A stretch of 64,000 nucleotides of DNA from Selaginella moellendorffii (lineage: Eukaryota > Plantae > Lycopodiophyta): NCBI RefSeq assembly GCF_000143415.4, contig NW_003314321.1, positions 248,001 to 312,000 of the forward strand, read 5' to 3'. Made by a program: the position numbers and the translations under genes. Of the stretch, positions 10,553-22,800 are shown in pieces; within the stretch, counting starts at the first letter, position 1; each line of letters begins with the position of its first letter. The notes beneath the pieces are model-generated. The model was given only the letters and a program-made list of their open reading frames with translations. It did no database searches and was not told the origin of the DNA.

Positions 10553-13500
10553 ATGGCCTTCAGGGTTGGGGAAAAGGTTTACATTTTGAATGGTGGGAAG
10601 AGAGTTGCAAAAAGGACCCTTGTGTCTATGGATCGGAACTTTGTTATACACTGTCAAAGGCTTGGGGAAGGCAATGCTGCTGTATCAGTAGAGACTGTCT
10701 TCGATGGGAATGTGGTCGCTATTGAACGAGGAGAGATGGTCGTCGGGGTAAATGTTGTTGTTGCCTTGAAAAATCTTCAGAAGAAAGCAGATGTTGGGGA
10801 CAGCGCAAGTGCGACGCATGTTCCCTCCGTGGATCTTAAGAACCGTGCTACATGGATTCAGGCAAAGGTGTTTCTAAACAACCCCGAGGGGGAGGTGGTA
10901 GCTGAGGGCTTAGCCACAGTTGTCGATCCAAGAGATGCGGTTGCTAATCAAGAATTGGGCTGGGATGATATTGGAGTTGCGATTTTAGAGGTTGTTGACA
11001 CAGAAGAAAACAGTTTGACTATTGGAAGCATTGTGCGGTGGAAATTGAGGCACTTAGTGTTTGAGAATGTGAAGGATTCACAATCAAACACCACTACAAC
11101 TGATGACAGAACATCTCTTCATGGGAAAAGAAAGTACACCTTCCTAAAGCGCAGCCAAAGGGATCTGAGCAACGAACCGAAAAGGCAGAAAATGGCGATG
11201 GAGGTTCGAATGGTCTTGACAGTTGCTTGTTGCAAGAGGAGGTGCTGTCAACATGCTGATTGGGATGCTATTGAAGAGGAGAGAGCAAGATACAAGACAT
11301 TGTCCTGGAAGGCAGCTCGCAATTTTGTGTATGAGGCATTACGGTCATCTGTTGATGCTTCAGAACATCAGGTGGGGCGCATGGTCTTCCAGAGGGGTTT
11401 GGTCTGCATGAAGGCATGGAGAATCATTTATGGAGTCCCTCGAACCACATTCTACAGAATCAAAACTGAGTTCGAGGAACAAAGGGTTCAACAGGTAGTC
11501 CATAGGAACGACGGTACGCACAAAACCAGGGGTCATGTTGTATATGGAGAGGCAATCTTCAAGAGGTTTGTCGAGACATGTAGCGAGCAGCAACCACATA
11601 AAACCCGCCTCTTGGAAGATGGAACACGAGACACCCAACGAGTTCTCCCTTCCATGTATACCAAGGGGGCCATATTGGAAGATGTGAATCGGGAACTCCA
11701 GAGTAATGGCTACAGGAAGCTAAGCCAATCTAAATTTAGTAGATTGTGGAGCAACAGGTTCAGGGATGTGAGTATAGGAAAGTACTCCAGCTTTTCAAAG
11801 TGTGACGAGTGCACTGCTATCAAAATGGCTTTGTCGAAGAATTCTTGCAGCGCTCAAAAGTGAGAGACGTTGGTTAGAAGGCGGCTCGACCACAACATCG
11901 AGCAGAGAAGCTGCAGGACTGCATATTATCATAACAGGATTCTCTCCATGGAGAGACCTAACTCTTACTTCTGCATCATCCACGACAAAATGGACCAGAA
12001 AAAGACGTGCTTACCTCGACTCAATCCTGCCCCCAAGGCAATCTCTTCATCCATGCAGCTGCCTGTGTCTCTGTTTGGCATAATCGCTCATGGGCATGGT
12101 GCCCAGAACTATGGGAACTTCTTTGTACCTCTATGGGGTGGCGGGGGTGCAAACATGATGATTGCGTCCCTAGCAAAACACTTAAGGTCTCTGCAAAGTG
12201 CGCAGACTGAGCTGAACGGCCAACCCTTGCATAAGGCCCTTGTCGATCGAACCCCATACAGGGTTCAGCTGGAGGAGGAGCAAAGGCTTGCAGTATCGCG
12301 TGGGGCCCCATGCCATCCCAGTGAATATGTTGGCCGTCAGATTGTAGGGTTATCACGTGAGGCCTCATGCCATTCCGACGAGGCTGGTCGCCCGGTGAAT
12401 GCACAGCCTCATCCAAACGAAGCAGAATCTCAAGGAAGTTCTTGCGGCTGATGTGGCCTTCCACCCCATCTTCTGCTCCAAACAGACAATGCTGGCAGTG
12501 AAAACAAAAACATGTACGTCTTCGCGTACTTGGCGATGCTTGTTGCCAAAGGCATATTTGAAACGGTTACACTTGGCTTTCTCATGGTTGGGCACACTCA
12601 TGAAGACGTCGATGCCATGTTCAGTCACCTGGCAGAGTCCCTCTAGTGATCCAATGTCCTCACCCTCCCACAACTCTACGATGAATTCCAAAATTGCATC
12701 AAAGGTACTGTTGAAGCTGGACTTGTGACAGAGGTTCCAGACTTTAAGGGGTTTGTAAGAGGCTACATCAGGGACGGATCCGAAACGCTGATTGGCCACT
12801 CCAAGCCTCTTCAGTTTCATTTCAGCATGCGTGACGGTGCTCCAGTGATGAGGTACAAGATGAGAGAATGGGACACAGTGTGGCTGCCAGTGGACGGCAT
12901 TGAACTCTTCAAAAGAGATCCCATAACTGGGGAACCTATGATTCCTCAGGGTTCCCCACGGCCGATGCACCCGGATGGACTCAAAGACCAGGAAAGTATA
13001 GTGGCCGGGATTAGACAGCATATTGCCTTCTGGAAGAGGGGGTTGGTGTTTGGTGGAGAATCCTATTTTCAGAGGTGCAAGCCTTTGCTCGAATACTGGG
13101 AGAAGATTATATCTGCTATCCAAAATGGGCCGGTTGTATATGAAGAATTGGAAGAGTCCTTTTGGCTAGAACCCAGAGCACCAGATAGTAGCGGAACAAT
13201 GTCCTCTGGAAATGCAGTGACAGATAACGATGTTGAGGATCACTATTGTGGGCCGAGGAACAAGAAGCCGGATTCAGCATTCAATCCAGTACAGGTCTGC
13301 AAAGGAATGGTCATGCTTGTCAGACCTAGTAATAAAAAACAAATGATATGGGTGGGGCACTGCATCACTGATGCAGAGGAGGACGCAGAAACTAACTCCT
13401 TCAATGTAACTGTGGAGTGGTTCAAGCCAAGTTCCGGATATACGAAGGATTGCCTAGAAAAGAGATGGGTGCTGAATCCAAGGGATCCCAGCATGAGCAT

Positions 13501-13693
13501 ATCGGTGGATAATGTTGTGCATGGTTGGATGTGGAAGCAGAGTGCCACCATCACCTTGCCAGACCATGCAAGAGATGCAGCAAGAGCATTCATAACCCGG
13601 GTTCAAGGTGAGATTCATTAATATTCCTTTACTAAGTTTCTAATGTATTTTATTTCAAGGTGAACAATCCGAATCTGAATCAGAGGAGGCGTG
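10553..13693 (+). pseudogene. Sola-like DDD transposase of about 1,020 codons with 4 in-frame stops
   Basis: ORFs 10553, 11870 and 12725 share one frame. Motifs: CCKRRCC, VCMKAWRIIYG, KCDEC, IIHDKMDQ, LLQTDNAGSENKN, FLMVGHTHEDVDAMFS. Stops at 11861, 12449, 12644 and 12647. A probable short last exon (EQSESESEEA*) ends at about 13693. Confidence 0.85.
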
Positions 13694-15581
13694 ATGGCAT
13701 GTGGCCTTACGCCATTCCTAGGTGAGATGATACAAATAACAAGTATAAATTCTTAGTTGTTCTAGCAAATCTTACTTAAAGTTCAAGGTGAACAAGCCGA
13801 ATATGAATTCATCAGATTGTTATAACAAATTGCGAGGTGATGGCATGAGGCGATACGCCATTTGAGAGTGGTAGCCATTCCTATATGAGGTGAGTGAAAT
13901 ATTTATTAGAAATACCTCATTCAATTATGCACTTCTAAGTCTTGGTCCACTCAGTACTGTTTGCATGTTTCTATTTTAATTCTTTCTCTAAAATGTTATT
14001 TAGCATGTGGCTTCATGCCATTGCTCTCCACAATCATGCATTGAATTTTTCTATCCTTGCATAATACTTCTCCATATATATAGCATGTGTGCACATGTGA
14101 TATGGTTCATTAGGCCTGATATAGTGTGTGAGGTAAAACAAAGATGATGTGACATATGCATTTACCAATCACACGTGCATAAATCTAATAATATGGCGTG
14201 TGGCCCATATTAATGGCACATAAACCCATATTGTGGGCTTACGTGCTTTATGACCATCATTCCCTTGCAGCGTGTGTGTTGGTTTCCTTTTATAACACAA
14301 CGAACTCCATATTTTTGGGTGAAGAGCGTTCTCATGGCAAGCACAAAATCTGTAAGTGAGGCAGAAAAGGAGACGGAGAAGGAGATAGGTGAAGATGTAG
14401 AATATATAAGTCTTCCAAACTCCCCGTACTATACTCCAGGTGATCATTTTTTTGAACAAACGGCAACATTAACAACTATTGAGAACGCCCCAATAACGTC
14501 AGAGACAACAATCCAAAGCAAAACAACTGACCCGGAGAAGGATGATAGTACCGCTGAGAGTACCAAAAAGGAGGTGTCCACTAGCGCTTAGGCTTATAAT
14601 GGCGTGTGCCCTCATGCCATTTACTTGATCACCAAATACTTTTTTTCCTTTGCACTAGTATATCTTAATACCGGTTTGAGAAATAGAATGGCATATGCCC
14701 TCAGGCCTTTTACTAAATCACCTTTGAAAGAAATGCAAGCCTCTATGTCGTAAAAAAAAGGTACTAGAGAAATTCCTTAATAATATGAATGTTATTTAGT
14801 TTCATGAAAATACACTAAGGGTCAAATGAGTTAAATGACTTCTCCAGACTAGCAATGCCTCTTGCTACACCTTCACAATTAGATTCGTTAGAAAAAGATA
14901 ACATTGAATAATATCTAAATGTTCTCACCATTAAGTTATATGTCTGGCTAATAGGAATGACGTTCATCTTGGAAAGCTCACCACACGCTCAATGAACAAA
15001 CAAATAGTGTGTGCGCGCATGCCATCGCTCTTCTTTAGCTTCAGATTCGGCTTGTTCACCTTGACAATGAGATTTATTATACAACCAGATGGACTCAGTC
15101 TGGACACAAAGTCACCGCGCTAGTCACCATGCCCCAGATATGTCTAGCCTCTGGACAAAAAACATATAATTTCACGTCATTTTCAAATACTTGAAAATTT
15201 GTACCTAGTCCCATTTTACTGAATAAATCCCACTTTAACGAAATAGAGCTTTTAAAGAGAGAGAAATAGAGTGTGCTACATGTGGTATCAAAACAAATGA
15301 CATGGGTTCAATTCCCATTGATTAATGGCTACTTAAAAATATAATATACCCTTGAGTAAAGTATATTCTTATCCCTCAATTTGAAATCATACGTATTGGG
15401 CATCCATGCGTATATCCTTCTACTTGATGGAGCATCTACGAACAAAGATATCCATCATGGGACTACTGTATGGGTGCATGACTAGTTGTCTCATATGGAA
15501 TAACTAGTCTACATAATAGAAAGATTGATATATTTAGTGTGGAAATGGAAGTGTTAGTTCCCTTTGGCTTAGTAAGGGTTG

Positions 15582-18210
15582 TGTGAGACACAAAATCCCT
15601 AGGCCCCAAAGTGGAGCCAAAAGGGTGCCACGTGGTAGTGGCCAAAGTGAAAGCCAAACAACAGTAACACGTTTACACTAAAAGTTCCGACTTGAAAGGT
15701 TGACACGTGGTAGTGGCCGAAGTGAAAGCCAAACAAGCGTAACACGTTTAGACTAAAAGTTCCGACTTGGAGGGTGGAGAGCGAAAGTGAAACTCCCAAC
15801 AATGTGCTTGAGGAATGAGCACGAAGTGAGCAATAAGCGAGGCTCTAAAAAAGGGACCCAAAAGGACCAACACATGACACGTGGAAGTGTCCAAGATGGA
15901 GTCCGAGGTGGACCGAGACGGAGTTCGAGATGGAGTCCGAGATGGAGTTTGAGATGGACCCTAGATGGAATCTGAGATGGAGTCCGAGAAGGACCCAAAA
16001 TGATTTGCTAAGCAAGATTGGCAAGTTAGGGGAACAAATCCCCTAGTCGAAGGTGCTAACTTCAAAAGGGGTGGCCCATGGGGCCGAGCATGGAGGAGTC
16101 CATGCACGATCACAGATTTGTCAAGTAAAAGGACTTGGCAGTGTGGAGGAATTAGGTTCCTAAGCTATGATCTATAGTGCGCTTTAAGTACATATTAGTG
16201 CACCGGCGTGGGGAGTCACACCAGGCATCCTGTGCGATGCCATCCGTAGATGCATATACGGAAGTTGGGTTCGAGTCCCGACCCTCTAGTACTTGGGTTC
16301 GAGTCCCGACCCTCTAGTACTTGGGTTCGAGTCCCAAATCACTAGGGCATGGTGATGGTTTGGAATATGAGGACACTCATTTTTCGGTGGTTATGGACTC
16401 TTAGTGAGGAGACTGGTTTGGGCACACCGCCAAGCGAGGGATGCCTCGAAGTCGTGATGCACGGTTAGATAGTTTAGTGTGGCTCAGCATATCTAACTTG
16501 AACACTTTGGTGCGAGTAGCACCAAAGACGTGGTGAATGAGATGGGGACACCTAATCTCAGTTGCTATTAACCCTTAGCTGTAAGGGCTGGCTTGGGTGC
16601 ACCGCCAAGTGTAGGGGATGCCCCTAGGGTTATAGTCAACAACTTGAAGGTCTAGAAGACCAAGTACTTTTTGACAACTCTGTTAATATGCTAAAGTGAG
16701 ATCATTAGGTGATCTTATGGCTAAAACAAGGACAAAGTCATTGTGAGGTTAAGGGATAAAGTTCCTAGTTCAAAGTGTTGATTTAAACTATTGATGATGG
16801 TGTGGCTTGTTCAAGGTGACCAAGTGCAAAGAACACCTGAGGGAAATGATCTGTGACAGTGCGATGGCATAGTGAGTCCGAAGAAAGTAGTCTTTATAAA
16901 AGACCCATGGTAGGGTCACAAAGTTGGGCCAAGGATAAAGCCCACAACAGAAAATGCTAAAAAGACGTACTAGGGGTGGACACCTTTTGGATTTGGCAAA
17001 GTAGAGTCTTTGCTATGGAACCAAAAAGATACTTTGAGAATAGAGGTAGCGATTCGATGTTGCTAGGTGCAACAATCAAGGATAGGAGCAAAAGACTAGT
17101 GGCTAAGAAAAGAGCCATGGGAATAATGGGAAAAAATTCGAAAAACAAATTTAAGCCAAGAACACTAATGTGTTAGGTACTAACAAATTGTGGGAAATGC
17201 AATGTGTTTCCAAGGATGGATTTCCAATTGCTCCGATTGGGCAAAAGTGGAGGCTCTAAGGGAGGGAGCGGTAAAGTAGCCAAATGATAGGGTCATGGAT
17301 AGCTCTAGCACAAATTATGATAACTGGAACTTAGTGCCCAAAGTGGCACGAAATAGAAGAGAGGATGATGGTGCCCTTAAGTAGAGAACTTCCTAGGATG
17401 GGGAAGTGGAGTTGCACAATACATGCAAAGCAAAGTGTCGGAGACACTTAGGAAATTGGCTTTGAAAAGTCAAAAGTAAAAGTTCCAAACTGCAAAGGTT
17501 ATATCGATGGAAACTAAGACTACTCGAGATGGAATAATGGGATTGATAGAAACAGTGTCTCTAACAGGTTTAGCGAGAACTAAATCAATAAAAGGAAAGA
17601 ACCACCATAAATGGTGCAATCAGTCTTTAAGTTGAAGAGACTATCCTCCTTAAAGGATGGGTAAGGCATGGTGAGCCTTTGGTGTCAAACCATTAACGAA
17701 TATTGGTGAGGTGCTAAGAATGGAAAGGGTAATACATGTTGATGTTACTTTATAAAATAGTTCATCATTTGATAAGGACATCAAACTTCATCTATGGGTG
17801 GTGTTGTTGTGAGACATAAAATCCCTAGGCCCCAAAGTGGAGCCAAAAGGGTGCCACGTGGTAGTGGCCTAAGCGAAAGCCAAACAAGCATAACACATTT
17901 GGACTAAAAGTTTCAACTTGAAAGGTTGAGCGCGAGAGTGGAACTTCCAACAATGTGCTCAAGGAATGAGCACGAAGCGAGCAATAAGCAAGGCTCTAAA
18001 AAAAGGACCCAAAAGGACCAACACATGACACATGGAAGTGTCCGAGATGGACCTGAGATGGAGTCCGAGATGGAGTCCGAGGTGGACCGAGACGGAGTCC
18101 GAGATGGAGTCCGAGATGGACCGAGATGGAGTTCGAGATGGAGTTCGAGATGGACCCAAGATGGAATCTAAGATGGAGTCCAAGAAGGACTCGAGATGGA
18201 GTCTGAGGTC
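15582..18210 (+). repeat. About 400-bp direct repeat pair (15582-15998 and 17808-18210) inside family B
   Basis: Both copies start TGTGAGAC..AAATCCCTAGGCCCCAAAGTGGAGCC and end in GAGATGGAGTCC arrays. Confidence 0.85.
16265..16335 (+). repeat. 28-bp tandem repeat (x2.5), each unit with a Pol III B-box-like GGTTCGAGTCC
   Basis: Unit TTGGGTTCGAGTCCCGACCCTCTAGTAC. Confidence 0.85.
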
Positions 18211-18370
18211 AAGACCGAGACCGAGACTAGGACCGAGACCAAGACCGAGACCGGGACTGAGACCAAGACCAGGACTGAGACCGGGACTGAGACCGAGACC
18301 GAGACCGAGACCGAGACTGAGACCGAGACCAAGATTAGGACCGGGACCGAGACCGAGGCCAAGGCCGAGA

Positions 18371-18416
<46 letters not shown>

Positions 18417-18506
18417 ACCCGAGCCCGAGTCCGAGTCCGAGTCCGAGTTCGAGTTCGAGTTCAAGTCCGAGTCCAAGTCTGAGTCCGAGTCCGAGTTCGA
18501 GTCTGA
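18040..18506. repeat. Compound 12-mer/hexamer satellite (GAGATGGAGTCC, GAGACC, GAGCCC, GAGTCC)
   Basis: Directly visible. It explains the low-complexity ORFs in several frames. Confidence 0.95.
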
Positions 18507-19821
18507 GAGGGTGAAAGCCCAAAGTGTTTGTCTCCCAGACCCTGGGGGATTTAGTGAGCTCCAAAAGTATAATAAGGGGGAGGACTACAGTGGAGCCAAT
18601 TTGGCCAGGAAAGGCCAGTTTGGCCCAAGAATGCTATACCCAGTGTTGGGTGATGAGCTGCCCACTGGGAAGTCCAAGACTAAAGTGAACACGGACTGAC
18701 AAGTGGGGTAGCTTGGTGAAGTGTTCAAGAGCCGGCTCTAGTTCCCCCAGGAGATCGACTAGCCGATGCTCCCAGTCCAAGTGTGGGTGGCATTACCTAC
18801 TTGAATACCTGGTGTGGCTTAATGGAACTTCACTCTAAGCCCATGGCTAGAGCACCCAAAGGCAGAAGGTGGGGAGAGTACCCATGAGGCTTGCGTAAGG
18901 CCACGGTGTTCCGAAATGTTGTCCTAAAGGCCCAAACTGTGCAAAGGAAGAGGAGTAGTCCTCTGGTGTAGTGACCAAGGATACAGTCGGGTGGTGCAGA
19001 AGTCCCAGAGAACCGTGGGACTTAGTGCTCGGGCCTATGGGCCTCGATGTAGTGGCAATGTTGGCGAACATGGACAAAAAGGGACTTGGTGGGGACTGGA
19101 AAAGGGATATTGGGGATGGCTAATCCCTATGTCTATGGGCATCCTAGGGATGCTAAGGAGTGGATCTGGGATAATCACTCGTGAATGGATGGCCCAGTCT
19201 TTGAGAGACGGGACTGTGATGTAGGTGGTGTTAAACCACTAGTGTGACCAAGGTGAAGGGGCATGGCCTTAGCATAACAGGCTGATATGTCGATGATACG
19301 TTGGGGTGTCGGTCATGGGATCGAACACGTGAAGCATTTGGACCAAGTGCAAAGGTTGAGTGGCAGGGATGCCATTCTTGGGGCTAGTAAGCCTAAGTCC
19401 GAAATAGAACTTATGGAGGTTGTGAGTGAGACTCTTCCAAGTGGTCGGAGGTGTGGTTAAGTGACTAAAGTAGAATGGAAAATTTAGTCACTTACAGGTT
19501 ATTAGTGAATAGTCAATGAGGACATTAACATCTCTGAAAGGGGACGGGGTTAGTATAACGCATTTGATCATGGAATGAAATTTGGATATAGTGTCATTAT
19601 AGATCCTTAGAACTTTGGGGGATAAATGGGGATAAAATAGCCATTAAAAACTCTTTCATCAAGCAATCGCTTATTTTATAATTGGTTTAAGGGAAGAGAG
19701 ATATAGTGTCATTATGGGTCCTTAGAACTTTGGGGGGATAAAAAAGCCATTAAAAACTCTCTCATCAAGCAATTACCCATTTTCCAATTGGCTTAAGGGA
19801 AGAGAGATATAGTGCACTACA

Positions 19822-22800
19822 TCTATGGCATGAGAGGGAGTACTATGAGCTTAGCACCAAACACAGATATGCACATACTAGATAATATTATGTTGCATAG
19901 AAAGAGCCAATAAAAAGAGCTGTGCAACTTCTCAGTCACACGACAATGTCCCATATGCCCGCATAGAACAGGAGAATCATAATAGGCATGGAAAAACCGT
20001 GGAATAAAAACAGAAGGCACTACTAGCCATAAATGATTATTAAAATCTGTCCCCATAAAATAAAGAAGGTTGTCTTCAAAGCAATATTGAGAACGTAAAT
20101 GCCAGAATGGTAAGTCATTAGCAAGTGATGTAGGATGCTCAAACCCATTTCGAAACCATCGAATCCATAGCTAAATCTTTTGAGCTTCGTGAACTTCATC
20201 AAGAGGAGGTAAATCTTTCTTTGCACCTTGTGGACACTAAGTATCAAGTATAATAACTGCCAACGGCATAGAATCCTCGTTTAGAAAATCCATAGATGCT
20301 GGAAGAACAGGCTCATGAGAAACATGAGAAGAGAGTGTAGAAGGAAGAGGACCTTAAGAAAGGGCATTAACATCAGCCATAAAACTCCTCAAGTGATGAA
20401 TAACATCAAAATCAAATGTCTGAAGCTTCAAAACCTATTGAGTAGTACGACTAATTAAGTTCTTTCACTTCAATAATGAAGTAACGGCAGTACCTTTTAG
20501 TAACGTCTAAGATTCATGTAGATATGCATGAAGTTTTTCAAAACCTTAGACTACTGCTAAACACTCTTCTATTGTGGAGTAGTTCATCTCTGCTGGTTGT
20601 AATGTATAGCTTATATACACAATGGGATGGCACTAACTAAGCACACTCGAGCTCTCTTGCATCAACATGCCTCCAAGACCAATATTAGAAGCATCCACGT
20701 GCAAAATGAAAGGTCAAGTATAGCCAAAATATGCCAAAATCAAAGGAGCCGTCAATAGCTCTTTCAGATCCATGAATGCTTGCTCACAATCTAGAGACCA
20801 AATGAAAGATGACATTGATGACTTCAGCATCACTTGCAATAGTGTAGTGTGATTAGAAAGATGATTCACAAAACAACCAAGATACTGCACCTTTACTAAG
20901 AAGCGTTGAACATCATTCACACACTTCGAAGTAGAAAACTTTAAAACAGCCACAAGTTTGTCAAGATCAATTTGCAAGCCTTCATAAGAAATATGGTACT
21001 TAAGATAAGTTGTATCCTTGGACCCAAACACACACTTCTACCACTTCAACTTTAAACCAACATCCCATAATTGATCCAACATTTTACAAACATCACAGAT
21101 GTGTTCCTTCCACATCCCTTCTGAGTGATTGAAGACATCACTAATAAAGTCAACAATTACCTTTGGCATATTGCAAAAAACCTCGTCTATCATCTGCTGG
21201 AAAGTTGTTAGAGCATTGTTCAAACCAAATAGCATTACCAAGAACTCATATAAATCAAATAATGTACAAAAAGTAGTCTTAGGAATATCTTTTTCAGCCA
21301 TCGGTACTTGTTAGTACCCAGAAGCAAGATTTAACTTGGTGAACCAACAACTTTTTCCCAAATGATCCAAGAGATCAGCAGTGTGAAGAAGAGGGTACAC
21401 ATCCGAAATCATCACTTCATTTAATAAAAGATAGTTGATGCATAAACAAATACCCTTATTAGGCTTCATCACAAGATGAGGTTCACATGCTCAAGGACTC
21501 TGCAACTTTTGAATAACAACGTATCTGGTTGGAATCAGATGACGTGTGGCAATCTTGGCCCTAGACAATAGGTTAAATTCAAAAAGATCAGCATACTCTT
21601 TCATGAGTCGGTCAACTACTGCAACACAAAGACTGTTGGAGGGATCGGAAAAGGGAAGAGCGAAATAAGATAAAAACATAGGAGGAAGTAATGGGGAGAT
21701 AAAATAATGGAAACAAAGGTGGAAGCAAAAGGCTGAAGAAGTACAGAAGTGAGAGGAATGGATGAAATAGGAAGTATAAGACAACCAATCTATACCAAGG
21801 ATGAGGTCAAAAGCTTGACTTAACACTACCCGCAATGACTACAACCCAAGCTTGAGATCGCCCACACGCACAACTAGGTTTGCTTTATCCCATGTATGAA
21901 GTATACATGTGTACAGCCGTTGCCATAAAGAATAAAAACTGGCTCCACCGCATGACACAAGTGTAAACAGCAATGTGTGGCAACAGGTCGACCAATAGAA
22001 AATAAACTCAAATATATTTCAACCAACATAGAGAGAATAATAAGAGACCTTTTGTTATAAAAATGAGTTTGGAAAATAAACACTGGATAAACTAGTGCCA
22101 AGTGAACCCATTGATGATACTCTCGAAAGAAAGATGAAGGGGTCACTGACTTATTCGCACAAGGTCCCTCTATTACTCACGCGACTTTTTGTTTCCTGAA
22201 TGCATCTCGATGTCTAGACTTGTAATAGCACCAACAGGATGTTGTTGACACCAAGGTCTCCACTTAGGAAATGGAAGTTGCCAATTTGGAAAATGCAAAT
22301 AACACCGATAAGTGTAACTAACTTCATCATATGCCTAATAATAAACATCACAGCCACAACCACGTCCTCACCCTTGTCTTTGGACTCGAGCAATAGTAGC
22401 ATCAACTTCCATTAGAACATGACTATCACCCACAGGAAGTGGAATTAAAGGACGTGCAAGGAGAAATGAAAAAATCGACGTCTCATAATGTTGTGCCAAG
22501 TGAAAAGCATTGTCAAAGGTGGCTAAAGCAAATGTATGAAAAAGTCCAACAAAATCTTGACAAAGTGCTAGTCACAACATTTATATCTTGATCTGCTCTA
22601 ACATATTTGGCTCTACATGAAGCAAGAGGCTTCGAAAACAAATGCCAAATTGCATCATTAGCTCAAATGGCCCTTGACAAAGACAGTGCAATTGTTGAAA
22701 GGCATCATCACAATCGTCGGCATGTTCGAATGTGCGTTTGAAGACGTTCGGGAGAACACTCTAATCCTCATGAGTGGCTGCGCTCAAACCATTGTACCAT

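Larger units (their letters stand above)
1906..15251. mobile_element. 13.3-kb cut-and-paste DNA transposon with 24-bp TIRs and TTAA TSD (Sola-like transposase plus cargo gene)
   Basis: Left TIR AAGCTCTATTTCATTAAAGTGGGA (1906-1929). Right TIR TCCCACTTTAACGAAATAGAGCTT (15228-15251), one mismatch. TTAA at 1902-1905 and 15252-15255. Removing the element restores a contiguous family-B LTR. Confidence 0.92.
1769..19821 (+). mobile_element. Non-autonomous family-B LTR retroelement interrupted by the DNA transposon
   Basis: 5' LTR = 1769-1905 plus 15256-15280 (ends GCTACA). PBS TGGTATCA at 15283. Purine tract GAAAGGGGACGGGG at about 19536-19549. 3' LTR 19554-19821 has an internal tandem duplication. 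Diverged TSD ttcat/tctat. No pol recognised. Confidence 0.8.

Noticed and set aside
14250-14591. 113-aa ORF as a third transposon gene
   Set aside because: Low complexity with no recognisable motif. It may be an exon remnant.
2292-15025. The 22-bp palindromes as a CRISPR array
   Set aside because: Spacing is irregular (about 60 bp to over 1.5 kb), the context is eukaryotic, and there are no cas genes.
17959-18699. ORFs of (LG)n, (RP)n, (ET)n and (SG)n
   Set aside because: Translations of a hexamer satellite that is open in several frames.
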